This document shows positions 8,860-19,352 of a stretch of 32,000 nucleotides of DNA, piece after piece; within the stretch, counting starts at the first letter, position 1; each line of letters starts with the position of its first letter. Source of the stretch: Raphidiopsis brookii D9 (lineage in GTDB: Bacteria > Cyanobacteriota > Cyanobacteriia > Cyanobacteriales > Nostocaceae); NCBI GenBank assembly GCA_000175855.1, contig ACYB01000016.1, positions 1 through 32,000 of the forward strand. The letters are read 5' to 3'. The translations under genes and the position numbers were made by a program. A model generated the notes under the pieces. It was not told where the DNA came from and made no database searches. It was given only the letters and a program-made list of their open reading frames with translations.

Positions 8860-10707
8860 TTATTCTTTACCTCCAGGTTTAATTTGATGAACTTCATAAA
8901 ATCCCTGTTCATTATGATTAAAAACAATGGTTTTAGGTGTGAATGTAATCAGAAATATATCCATGAATATCAGTAAATATGAATGTTTATGTTTCACATT
9001 TTCTCTGATAATTTCTTCTCGATGATGGGGAAATAAGATGATCTCAAACGCCTCTTTGAAAGCTACAACAATGGCAACTAGTACCTGACCAAATACTCTT
9101 AACCATTCTGTAAATTTTGCTCTAGAACTGTAACCTCTAGGTAGTAAAAATGCAATAGCTACGCCAATTATAATATTAACGGTGCTAAAATCAGATGTCA
9201 GCAAGAACCAAATTGTCAGTCTTAATATCAAGTGTCCAATCATGATAATGCCATCCAAAATAACAAAATTAAAAGTTAAGCTCATCACACCTACTAAATG
9301 TTCAAACTTCTCCACTAAGCGCGGTATATATAGGGATATTTTGGGTAGCAATGGTGCCAGTTTTTGGAATACTACATAATATGCTAACCAACCAATAGCA
9401 ATGGTGATAATTGCCTTAATTATATCATCAGTATTATAAGCTGATAGATAACCAATATTGGCAATAAATAGACTAGTAATTAACACTATTATCGCTATCC
9501 AAAGCTCTGGTTTTACAGCTGGTTTATCATCCTGGACATCATCCCATTTATGGGGAAGAAAAATAAACCTAGCATAGTAAATTACTGTACCCACCGCTGC
9601 TAAGTTCATGGCAATAAACTGCCAAGATGTGATGTTTTTCAGAGTCAAAACCTTGGCGGAAAATCCTGCCAACAGAGGAAATCCACAAATTGATAAACTA
9701 GCGATAACTAGGGGTATCCAAATCCCTGTACTAATCCTTTGAGATTTCAACTCTTTAAAATTACGTGTTGGTAAAGATCCCACAATTAAAAATAAGGATG
9801 ACTTAACTAATCCATGGGTTAGTGCATAAAATCCTCCTACCGCAGGTGCTGCTAATATAAACCCTAATTGAGATATGGTACTAAAGGCTAACATCCGTTT
9901 GGTATCTTTTTCTAAAACTGCATAGCATACACCCATTAAAGCCGTCCCTACCCCGAAAATCACGACAATCTGATGAATGTTTTCGCTGATCTCGGCACAA
10001 CGTAATAGGGGTAAAACACTGGCTTTAACTACTATACCAGAAAGTAGTGCTGAAACTGGCGTTTCTGATTCTGAGTGAGTCAGAGGTAACCATAACCCAG
10101 AAACAAAAATCCCTGCTTTTACTAACAGTCCTAAAAAAATTAATGCTATGGCTTCTGGTGGTGCATCTTTTAATCCTACAAAACTAAAGGATAGAGTTTT
10201 TTCATAAATTAGTACCGCACCTACTAGATAAAACAGCATGGAAATATTGCTGACAAATAGATAACGCAACCCTACCCAAATTGCGCGATCGCTCCTACTA
10301 TATGCTATCAATAGAAATGCGGCTATTCCACTTACTTCTAATGCCACATATAAACTGATAAAATCTGCACAGATGAAGGCAGCGTTTAAACTGCCATGAA
10401 CCAATAGAGTTTGGGCATAGAAAAAGGCATTTTTATTACTTCTCCAGCAGTATAAAACTACAGCAATTGTCACTAAAGCATTGGTTAAAATGAAATAACC
10501 ACTTAGCTGGTCAGCTACTAAGGTGACACCAAAACTATCTAGTAAATTAAGTTGAATTTCTGGCTGTTTGATTAATAATTCGATCCCATAAGCAGCACTT
10601 ACTAATGTTCCCAACAATGCTAAATGTCTATTCAGTTGTGGAACCAAAAAAACCATAAATCCCAGAAAAAATGGGATACCTACCCAAACTGTTGTTATAG
10701 TATTCAT
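8860..10707 (-). CDS. Fused Mrp antiporter subunits D and E
   Basis: N-terminal ~490 aa is a proton-conducting transporter (NuoL/M/N, MrpD): 'LLVKAGIFVSGLWLPLTHSESETPVSALLSGIVVKASV'. C-terminal ~130 aa is MrpE-like: 'FLLTSDFSTVNIIIGVAIAFLLPRG...EAFEIILFP...FLITFTPKTIVFNHNEQGFYEVHQI'. Confidence 0.88.
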   Translation of the reverse strand: MNTITTVWVGIPFFLGFMVFLVPQLNRHLALLGTLVSAAYGIELLIKQPEIQLNLLDSFGVTLVADQLSGYFILTNALVTIAVVLYCWRSNKNAFFYAQTLLVHGSLNAAFICADFISLYVALEVSGIAAFLLIAYSRSDRAIWVGLRYLFVSNISMLFYLVGAVLIYEKTLSFSFVGLKDAPPEAIALIFLGLLVKAGIFVSGLWLPLTHSESETPVSALLSGIVVKASVLPLLRCAEISENIHQIVVIFGVGTALMGVCYAVLEKDTKRMLAFSTISQLGFILAAPAVGGFYALTHGLVKSSLFLIVGSLPTRNFKELKSQRISTGIWIPLVIASLSICGFPLLAGFSAKVLTLKNITSWQFIAMNLAAVGTVIYYARFIFLPHKWDDVQDDKPAVKPELWIAIIVLITSLFIANIGYLSAYNTDDIIKAIITIAIGWLAYYVVFQKLAPLLPKISLYIPRLVEKFEHLVGVMSLTFNFVILDGIIMIGHLILRLTIWFLLTSDFSTVNIIIGVAIAFLLPRGYSSRAKFTEWLRVFGQVLVAIVVAFKEAFEIILFPHHREEIIRENVKHKHSYLLIFMDIFLITFTPKTIVFNHNEQGFYEVHQIKPGGKE

Positions 10708-10727
10708 CTTTTTAATCCACGTTAAAT

Positions 10728-11078
10728 TTATGGGACATTATTCTTCTCAATTTCATCAATTTCTAAGGTGGGATTATCTCCAGCTAGTTTCATTACTCCC
10801 ACTAGCATCAAAGCTTGAATTGAAAAGCCAATAACTATTGCTGTTAAAATAACTGCTTGGGGAACAGGATCAGCATAGTTACCTTTTTTTACTTCCCCAA
10901 GAATGGGAGTAAATAAACCTGCTTTGGATGCAATAAAGACATAAAAAGCTATTACCCCGGTACTCATCACGTCCATGGAAATTATCTTCATCACTAGATT
11001 TTTTTTCAAAATTATCCCAAAAAATCCCAACAATACTGTTAGCAACACACATGCTTCCATTATCATAAATTTATACAC
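10728..11078 (-). CDS. mrpC: Mrp antiporter subunit C (NuoK-like)
   Basis: 'VLLGFFGIILKKNLVMKIISMDVMSTGVIAFYVF...PVPQAVILTAIVIGFSIQALMLVGVMKLA'; SD GGGAGG upstream. Confidence 0.88.
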   Translation of the reverse strand: MYKFMIMEACVLLTVLLGFFGIILKKNLVMKIISMDVMSTGVIAFYVFIASKAGLFTPILGEVKKGNYADPVPQAVILTAIVIGFSIQALMLVGVMKLAGDNPTLEIDEIEKNNVP

Positions 11079-11284
11079 CTCCCAATCAAGAAACGTTAAG
11101 AAACATTAAAAAGTACTTAAGAAACGCATATTCCGAAGTGTTCCACGAAAAATAGTTTCAGTTATCCAGGTCGGAAAATTTGTACTTGGAATTTTAAAGT
11201 GTTATAATACTAATAGCACCATTTTTTAGTGCTGTCTAGTTGGTCAAGTTCAATAATAATTATGGTAATGATAGTAAATAAGTT

Positions 11285-12403
11285 ATGTTTTTAATGTCAA
11301 CAGCTACGGAGGAGAAATCTGTAAACTTTGATTTATCCACTACCTTACAGTTAATTGGTCGTTCTCACGAGTTTGAGCGTATTACTAACATACTTTTACA
11401 TGATAGGGATCTATTAATTACGGGAGTACCTGGTAGTGGTAGAAGAACACTGGTTAAGATTGCAGCTCAGGAGGTAGGTGCCCTAGTATTAGAAATAGAC
11501 TGTATTCGTGCGATCGACGGAGAGAGACTAGTACAATTGTTTACAGAAACAATTAATCATAATTGGGAGGCACACAAAATTGAGATATGGGTCGAGCAAA
11601 ATGGTAGAGAATTGTTTATTTTTAATGCAGAAACTAGGCTCAAATTATCTCATGGTCTCAATGATAAAAAACTGTGGCAGGCATTTGTTATGTTATTAGA
11701 TTTGCTGCAAAATATAGCCAACGATTTAAATCGAAGAGTAGTATTAATTTTGCAGAGTTTTCCCCATATTCGCTCTTGGGATCGCCATAATGTATGGGAA
11801 TCTACCTTGAGACAAGAAATTAATAGTCATCCAGATGTGAGTTATGTTATATTAGCGACAATTGCCGAAACAAGCCATCATCAAGATGACCAGAAGTATG
11901 AAATGGAAAAAATTGAATTAGCTCCTTTAGAAAGGGATATTATGGCAGTTTGGGCTCGGGAAGTTTTGGAAAAACAAAATCTTAAATTTGATCGCCATTC
12001 TCAAGCACTAACCATCTTTTTAGATGCAGTTCAGGGGAGTATTGGTGATGCGATGGCATTAATTCGTAGACTTTCCAGTTTACAACATGAACAAGGATTA
12101 ATTAAAGAAGAAAAGGTCAGACAAGTAATAGAAGCAATCCTGAGAGATTTATCCATAACTTATGAATCTTTATTGATGTTACTACCCGGTAATCAGATTC
12201 ACCTTTTAGAATGTTTAGCCATAGATCCCACAGATAAACCTCAAAGTAAAGAATATATTCAAAAACATGGACTTTCTCGAGGTGGAACTTTGCAAGGTTC
12301 CCTGACGGGACTACAGACCAAGGGTTTAATTTATAGTGCCCAACAGGGTTATAAATTAGCACTACCTCTATTAGCCCTATGGTTAAAACAAAGACTAAAT
12401 TAA
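11285..12403 (+). CDS. AAA/STAND-like protein with degenerate ATPase motifs and a C-terminal winged-helix-like region
   Basis: 'LIGRSHEFERITNILLHDRDLLITGVPGSGRRTLVKIAAQE' (Walker A-like) and 'RRVVLILQSFPHIRSWDR'. A perfect -10 TATAAT lies upstream at 11204-11209 with a weak -35. Confidence 0.7.
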   Translation: MFLMSTATEEKSVNFDLSTTLQLIGRSHEFERITNILLHDRDLLITGVPGSGRRTLVKIAAQEVGALVLEIDCIRAIDGERLVQLFTETINHNWEAHKIEIWVEQNGRELFIFNAETRLKLSHGLNDKKLWQAFVMLLDLLQNIANDLNRRVVLILQSFPHIRSWDRHNVWESTLRQEINSHPDVSYVILATIAETSHHQDDQKYEMEKIELAPLERDIMAVWAREVLEKQNLKFDRHSQALTIFLDAVQGSIGDAMALIRRLSSLQHEQGLIKEEKVRQVIEAILRDLSITYESLLMLLPGNQIHLLECLAIDPTDKPQSKEYIQKHGLSRGGTLQGSLTGLQTKGLIYSAQQGYKLALPLLALWLKQRLN

Positions 12404-12420
12404 GCAGCTACCTGGTGACG

Positions 12421-12476
12421 AGCCAAAACGCTGTATACAGGCTTGATGGGTAAAGTACTGAATAGGCGTTCTGGCT
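12421..12476. repeat. Dispersed hairpin element, copy 1, in the convergent intergenic region before ilvC
   Basis: AGCCAAAACGCT (12421-12432) pairs with GGCGTTCTGGCT (12465-12476), 12 positions with one mismatch and one G-U. 'GGCGTTCTGGCTAAAGCTAT' matches copy 2 at 15654 in 19/20 positions. Confidence 0.55.
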
Positions 12477-12494
12477 AAAGCTATTAATTAATAA

Positions 12495-13508
<1,014 letters not shown>

Positions 13509-13728
13509 TCAAAGTGGTAAATAAATTGTCAGTTCATCATCATACCTCAATTTGCCTACCAGCTAGCGATACTTTTTTACTAACTAACTTTAACAAATAC
13601 ACAAGTTAAAGGTAAACCTTTATACTTATTAATTGAATTTGATAACAAGTTGGTTGTGATGATCCAGTGGATGTGGAGCTATTTTACCCGTAATCGCAGA
13701 GCTAGACTAATCACCGGTAAGGAAATTA

Positions 13729-14355
13729 TTAACATACAACTCCTTTGATAACTTGCAAGCTACCTCCAGCATATAATACTGGTCGGCCCACATCAAAACC
13801 ATTTTCCTTTAGTAACCCGACTACATCTGTTTTAATCCACTCCCAAGCTGTTGAGGTCTCAAATAACCATAAGAACAATGACAAACCTGGCCAAAATAGG
13901 GGATTAGTGGGAGGATGAAAGTCTACTAGGGTGAAAGTTCCTCCCGGTTTTAATACCCTATTTACCTCTTGGATAATTTTCCTCCGTTGCTCAAATTCCA
14001 TCTCGTGTAAAGCAGCACTGGTGTGCACTACATCAAAAGCATTATCCTCAAAGGGCATATCTTCTGCCCATGCCTCTATATATGTAGCATCTGGCACGTT
14101 ATTTTTCGCTCTTTGTAAGGACGTGGGGGAAGCGTCTAATCCGGTAACATGGTGTGACAACTTGACTAAAAATGCAGTAGCCTGACCACTGCCACAACAT
14201 AGATCTAAAATCCGAGTGTCAGGGTTTATTGTTAAACCTTGAAGGGCCAGTTGACGAAAACGCTGCTCCCCACCTACAGTTAATGCAGCTACACTAGATA
14301 TGCCATCATATAGCCACTGGTAACGATAACTTAAATCCCTAAAAATTGTCGCCAT
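13729..14355 (-). CDS. Class I SAM-dependent methyltransferase
   Basis: Motif I 'ILDLCCGSGQAT', 'VTGLDASPTSL', 'EDMPFEDNAFDVVHTSAALHEM', 'VLKPGGTFTLVDF'. Confidence 0.88.
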   Translation of the reverse strand: MATIFRDLSYRYQWLYDGISSVAALTVGGEQRFRQLALQGLTINPDTRILDLCCGSGQATAFLVKLSHHVTGLDASPTSLQRAKNNVPDATYIEAWAEDMPFEDNAFDVVHTSAALHEMEFEQRRKIIQEVNRVLKPGGTFTLVDFHPPTNPLFWPGLSLFLWLFETSTAWEWIKTDVVGLLKENGFDVGRPVLYAGGSLQVIKGVVC

Positions 14356-14430
14356 TGAAATCTTTCCTGAGCGTTAAGCTTTATATTTATTAATAATAAA
14401 AAAAGTAAGGATTGGGGGCAAGTAACTGCT

Positions 14431-15594
14431 ATGAGTCGTGTAGGCGTATTATTACTCAATCTTGGTGGACCTGACAAACTGGAAGATGTTGGGCCATTCT
14501 TGTATAACCTATTTTCAGATCCCGAAATTATTCGCCTACCATTTCGTTGGATGCAAAAGCCGTTGGCATGGTTTATTGCCACGAGACGCACAAAAACTTC
14601 TCAGGCTAACTATCGGCAAATTGGTGGCGGTTCACCACTTAGACGCATTACTGAAGAACAGGGAGAGGCTTTAAAATTTCAACTCCATAGTATGGGTAAA
14701 TCAGCTACAGTCTATACGGGGATGCGTTATTGGCATCCCTATACAGAAGAGGCGATCGCCCAGGTAAGGGAGGATAAAATTGAAAAGCTGGTAATTTTGC
14801 CATTATATCCCCAATTTTCCATTAGTACCAGTGGTTCTAGTTTCCGACTATTGGAAAAACTCTGGCAAGAAAATCCCCAACTTCAGCCACCAGAATATAC
14901 GGTTATTGCTTCATGGTACAAGCAACCAGGCTATTTAAATGCTATGGTGGAGCTAATTAATGACCAGCTACATCAATTTCCCCATCCTGAGAAAGTGCAT
15001 ATCTTTTTTAGTGCCCATGGCGTGCCCAAAAGTTATGTTGTGGAAGCTGGTGACCCCTATCAGCAAGAAATTGAAGAGTGTACAGATTTAATTATGCGAA
15101 ATCTTAACAGTACAAACAGCTATACTTTGGCTTATCAAAGTCGTGTTGGTCCTGTGGAGTGGTTGCAGCCATATACGGAAGATGCGCTCAGGGAGTTGGG
15201 AGCTAAAGGGGTGAGAGATTTGGTGGTTGTGCCGATTAGTTTTGTGTCTGAACACATAGAAACCCTCCAGGAGGTAGATATTGAGTATCGGGAAATAGCT
15301 CATGAAGCAGGTATTGAGAATTTTAGACGTGCAGCTGCACCTAATACTCATCCACTGTTTATTGAAGCCTTGGCCCAATTGGTAGTTGATGCTTTGGAAA
15401 AACCCAGTCTAAAATTATCTCAAGTCACCCAAATGAGGAAAAAGGTAAAAATGTATCCTCAAGAGCGTTGGGAATGGGGATTGACAACCAGTGCTGAGGT
15501 ATGGAATGGTAGAATTGCCATGTTAGGTTTTATAGCTCTGATTATTGAAATAATTACCGGTAGGGGTTTACTTCACGCCATAGGACTATTGTAG
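14431..15594 (+). CDS. hemH: Ferrochelatase with C-terminal chlorophyll a/b-binding-like (HLIP/CAB) helix
   Basis: '[31 protein letters not shown]', 'SAHGVP...[11 protein letters not shown]', C-terminal '[37 protein letters not shown]'. Confidence 0.97.
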   Translation: MSRVGVLLLNLGGPDKLEDVGPFLYNLFSDPEIIRLPFRWMQKPLAWFIATRRTKTSQANYRQIGGGSPLRRITEEQGEALKFQLHSMGKSATVYTGMRYWHPYTEEAIAQVREDKIEKLVILPLYPQFSISTSGSSFRLLEKLWQENPQLQPPEYTVIASWYKQPGYLNAMVELINDQLHQFPHPEKVHIFFSAHGVPKSYVVEAGDPYQQEIEECTDLIMRNLNSTNSYTLAYQSRVGPVEWLQPYTEDALRELGAKGVRDLVVVPISFVSEHIETLQEVDIEYREIAHEAGIENFRRAAAPNTHPLFIEALAQLVVDALEKPSLKLSQVTQMRKKVKMYPQERWEWGLTTSAEVWNGRIAMLGFIALIIEIITGRGLLHAIGLL

Positions 15595-15653
15595 GCGGTG
15601 GGAGCAAGCCCTACCTAACTCTTGTTTTTACTCATCAACCCTTCCTAAGCCAA

Positions 15654-15705
15654 GGTGTTCTGGCTAAAGCTATAAGCCTAACCACCCTAACTGGGCCAGA
15701 ACGCC
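15654..15705. repeat. Dispersed hairpin element, copy 2, between convergent hemH and purB
   Basis: GGTGTTCTGGC (15654-15664) pairs with GCCAGAACGCC (15695-15705), 11-bp stem with one G-U pair. Confidence 0.6.
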
Positions 15706-15741
15706 TACCCAACTCCTACATGTTAACTTATTAACATATAG

Positions 15742-17037
15742 CTAGATACCTAATCGCTCATACACTTGGTCTAAGTACTTTAAGTGCTGCTTTGCGTCAA
15801 AGCATAGGTCTATTTCCGAGTCAGATAATTTGTCTCGGACACGCAAATCTTGGGTAATGAGGTGACGGAAGTTACCTTCTGGGTTGTTCCACGCTATGTG
15901 GGCATTTTGTTGGACTATGGCATAGGCTTCTTCTCGCCTAGTTCCTTTATCTATTAAGGCCAGTAAAACTTTTTGACTAAACACTACTCCACCATAGCAG
16001 TTAAGGTTTCTCGCCATGTTTTGTGGATAGACCAAAAGATTAGTGATTAAATCAGTGATTTCATGGAGCATAAAGTCAGTTAATATACAAGAGTCAGGAA
16101 GCATCACCCGCTCCACAGAACTGTGAGAAATGTCTCTTTCATGCCATAGGGCTACGTTTTCTAATGCTGCACCTGCATGACTTCTGACTAGTCTAGCCAT
16201 ACCAGTTAGTCTTTCGGAACGAATGGGATTGCGTTTGTGTGGCATGGCACTGGAGCCTTTTTGTCCCTTAGAGAAGTATTCTTCTACCTCCAAAACATCA
16301 GTTTTTTGTAAATTGCGAATTTCTACGGCAAAGCGCTCTATAGAAGCTGCTAAAAGGGCTAATTGTTGTACAAATTCAGCATGACGATCGCGAGAAATCA
16401 CTTGGGTGGAAGCAGTATCAGGTTTGAGTCCCAGTTTTCCACAGGCGATCGCCTCTACACGTGGTTCTATGTTAGCATAAGTTCCCACCGCTCCCGATAT
16501 TTTACCTACCGCAACATTATTCTTGAGTAATTGTAACCGTTCCTGGTGTCGGAGAACCTCAGCTAACCAACCAGCTAATTTAAATCCAAAGGTAATTGGT
16601 TCAGCGTGAATCCCATGCGATCGCCCAATCATTACAGTATAGCGATGTTCATGAGCTTTAATGCGAATTGCCTGGATGAGATTTTCCACCTTTTGACATA
16701 ACAGATCCAAACTAGCGACTAACTGTAGTGCCAATGCTGTATCCAAAACATCGGAGCTAGTTAAGCCCAGATGAATATAACGCCCTGCATCACCCACGTA
16801 TTCATTTACATTTGTGAGAAAAGCAATCATGTCATGACGAACTTCTGCTTCAATTTCTAATACTCGCTTAGGCTCGAACTTGGCTTTAGCCTTTATTTCA
16901 TCCACTGCTGCTAGGGGAATATAACCCAGTTCGCCCTGAGCTTCACACACAGCAATTTCCACTTGTAGCCAGGTTTGTAACTTATAGGATTCACTCCACA
17001 GATTGCCCATTTCAGGCAAGGTATAACGCTCAATCAC
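15742..17037 (-). CDS. purB: Adenylosuccinate lyase
   Basis: 'HLGLTSSDVLDTALALQL', 'MIGRSHGIHAEPITFG', fumarase/ASL signature 'GSSAMPHKRNP'. Confidence 0.97.
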   Translation of the reverse strand: MIERYTLPEMGNLWSESYKLQTWLQVEIAVCEAQGELGYIPLAAVDEIKAKAKFEPKRVLEIEAEVRHDMIAFLTNVNEYVGDAGRYIHLGLTSSDVLDTALALQLVASLDLLCQKVENLIQAIRIKAHEHRYTVMIGRSHGIHAEPITFGFKLAGWLAEVLRHQERLQLLKNNVAVGKISGAVGTYANIEPRVEAIACGKLGLKPDTASTQVISRDRHAEFVQQLALLAASIERFAVEIRNLQKTDVLEVEEYFSKGQKGSSAMPHKRNPIRSERLTGMARLVRSHAGAALENVALWHERDISHSSVERVMLPDSCILTDFMLHEITDLITNLLVYPQNMARNLNCYGGVVFSQKVLLALIDKGTRREEAYAIVQQNAHIAWNNPEGNFRHLITQDLRVRDKLSDSEIDLCFDAKQHLKYLDQVYERLGI

Positions 17038-17309
17038 ATTCAGACATATAATACAACTGTCATATTTTACCTCTAATTAGCCGAAATTTAGTTAGAGTTG
17101 TTTCCCCTTTTTAAAAACTTGCATAGAATTGTTTATTTATGAATTCTAAATTTAAGGTTTCATGACATAAAAATCCTTTATTAATTAAGCTACCCATAAA
17201 CCCTGGGCAAATCTAATTGATGAAGTCATTAACATAATCATAAACCAAAATATGATAAAGTAGTTTAGTTTGACATAGGGAAAATAGGTATTACTCGCTT
17301 TTAAATACT

Positions 17310-17858
17310 TCATATCGGTGCAATTAAGGTAAACTCTTGATATTCCCCTAGGAGTTTACTATTTTTTAAATTGATTTTAACCAACTGCTTATTGTTAATT
17401 AACAAATAAGATTGATGGTAAAACCTACTTGATAAATCTGTGAGCGATGTGGGAATAATCTGACAGTCACTATAAAAATCTAGACTGGGACGAGCATCAG
17501 GAAAAGAAGTATATATTTTTGTCCCTGGGGGAACATGTTGGCGTATTAAAGCTGCTACTGGTTGCACAGGGAATTTTTCGTTCAACTCCCACACCCAAGA
17601 CTTTGAAATCATGAGGAAGAATAAAACTAAATACATTCCCCCAAATAGAATGGGGATAAATTGACGATTGTGCTGAGAAATCAACTGTGATGTTATCAGC
17701 ATAGAAATCATCAGGACAACACTCATAATAATCAACCAAGGCTGTTGATCGAATAAACTAAAATAAATGCAACCTCCCAAACCAACAAGTGATAAAAAGA
17801 TAAAGAATGTTCTAAAAAATTTACTTTTAACCTGATTTTCTTCCCAAATAGAACTCAA
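17310..17858 (-). pseudogene. C-terminal remnant of an ArnT/PMT-like integral membrane glycosyltransferase
   Basis: 182-aa ORF with TTG start. Hydrophobic segments are followed by 'KSWVWELNEKFPVQPVAALIRQHVPPGTKIYTSFPDARPSLDFYSDCQI', a pattern I associate with C-termini of ~500+ aa cyanobacterial glycosyltransferases. Confidence 0.55.
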
Positions 17859-17890
17859 ATTATTATAACGAAGAGGAAAATATTCAGGAA

Positions 17891-18778
17891 ATGTACCGCC
17901 ATCTCACTCATCTTATGACACAGTTGGATGGTGATGCGGAACTGATTTTAGTTGATGACGGTAGTCAGGATCGTTCTTTAACTATGATCCGGGAGCTACA
18001 TGACCATGATGGTCGAATTCGCTACTTGAGTCTTGCGAGAAATTTTGGTCATCAGGTTGCTGTGACTGCAGGACTAAACTTTGTCCAAGGTCAAGCTATT
18101 ATAGTCATGGATGCCGATCTCCAAGATCCTCCAGAACTAATCTTGAGTATGATTGACAAATGGCATGAAGGATACCAGGTGGTTTATGCCCAACGCATAT
18201 CACGTCAAAAGGAAAGTTTATTCAAGCGATTGACAGCATATCTTTTTTATCGCCTTTTACAACGACTCTCTAAGGTTAAGATGCCCGTTGATACGGGAGA
18301 CTTTTGCTTGATGGATAAACAAGTAGTGGATATTCTCAATGCTATGCCAGAGCGTAACCGCTATATTCGCGGTCTACGTGCTTGGGTAGGATTCAAACAA
18401 ACATCTGTACTGTTTGAGAGAGGTCCCCGCTATGCAGGAAAAGTTAAATATACCTTTAGTAAGTCTTTCTCACTAGCAATTGATGGTATCATATCATTTT
18501 CTACAGTTCCTTTAAGACTAGCAACCTATTTAGGTATTATCTCAGCGACTATTGCTTTGATTATGATATTACTAGTTCTGTATTGGCGAATATTTGCTCC
18601 TGTTTCCCAATTAATTGGATACAGTCTTATCACAATTGCTATATTTTTCCTGGGATCAGTTCAACTAATTTGTATCGGGATTTTGGGAGAATATATTGGT
18701 AGGATTTATGAGGAAGTCAAAGCTCGTCCTTTGTATACCTTAAAAGAAACTGGTGGTTTTGACCCCCTAAATATCTAA
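17891..18778 (+). CDS. Family 2 glycosyltransferase (GtrB/DPM1-like) with two C-terminal TM helices; N-terminus truncated
   Basis: '[15 protein letters not shown]', '[38 protein letters not shown]', C-terminal '[24 protein letters not shown]'. In-frame codons before the ATG read '[13 protein letters not shown]', so the 'hhIPVYNEEENI' strand is cut at YNEEENI. Confidence 0.85.
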   Translation: MYRHLTHLMTQLDGDAELILVDDGSQDRSLTMIRELHDHDGRIRYLSLARNFGHQVAVTAGLNFVQGQAIIVMDADLQDPPELILSMIDKWHEGYQVVYAQRISRQKESLFKRLTAYLFYRLLQRLSKVKMPVDTGDFCLMDKQVVDILNAMPERNRYIRGLRAWVGFKQTSVLFERGPRYAGKVKYTFSKSFSLAIDGIISFSTVPLRLATYLGIISATIALIMILLVLYWRIFAPVSQLIGYSLITIAIFFLGSVQLICIGILGEYIGRIYEEVKARPLYTLKETGGFDPLNI

Positions 18779-18822
18779 TTTAGTTTATACTAGCTTATAA
18801 ACAATATTTAAGGATAATTCCT

Positions 18823-19190
18823 GTGTCACTTCAAGAATTTACTTTGCTCCTGTTCTCTGTTCTCATTAGTGTTACTGGACAATTCCTCTTAAAAACAGGA
18901 GCCCTGAAACTGGGTAAGGTTGATGCGGGGAACTTTATTACTCATATTCTCAACATGATTACTGTCCCCGAACTATTGTTGGGACTCGCATGTTATGGTG
19001 TGGGAGCAATAGCATATATTTTACTCCTTACCCGTGTTAATCTCAGTATCGCTGGTCCCGCTGTCTCCGTGGGTTATATTTTTCAGTCCTGATAGGTATT
19101 TTGGTATTTAAAGAATCTATACCTCTTATCCGTATATTAGGACTAGGTTTTATCGTCACAGGAGTCATATTATTGGTTAGACCTAATTGA
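18823..19190 (+). CDS. EmrE/EamA-like small drug/metabolite transporter, interrupted by a 1-nt frameshift
   Basis: ORF 18823..19092 stops at TGA after 'SVGYIFQS'. Adding one T to the T5 run (19079-19083) gives '...SVGYIFSVLIGILVFKESIPLIRILGLGFIVTGVILLVRPN*' to 19190, a complete 4-TM protein of 122 aa. Confidence 0.82.
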
Positions 19191-19352
19191 TATTCTTATT
19201 AGTAATTTTGCGGATGGATAGATCAATCTCCTGAAGAATAAGATGTAATCATCAAAGAAGGTAATGAAGGGCACAACTTCATAACCAGTTGTTATTACAA
19301 GATATCATTATCAACATTATCAATTTTATTTTAAACATTAAGGAGCTATGGA

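Noticed and set aside
14431-15594. Fusion of ferrochelatase to a chlorophyll-binding-like helix
   Set aside because: It looks striking but is a well-established feature of cyanobacterial and plastid ferrochelatases.
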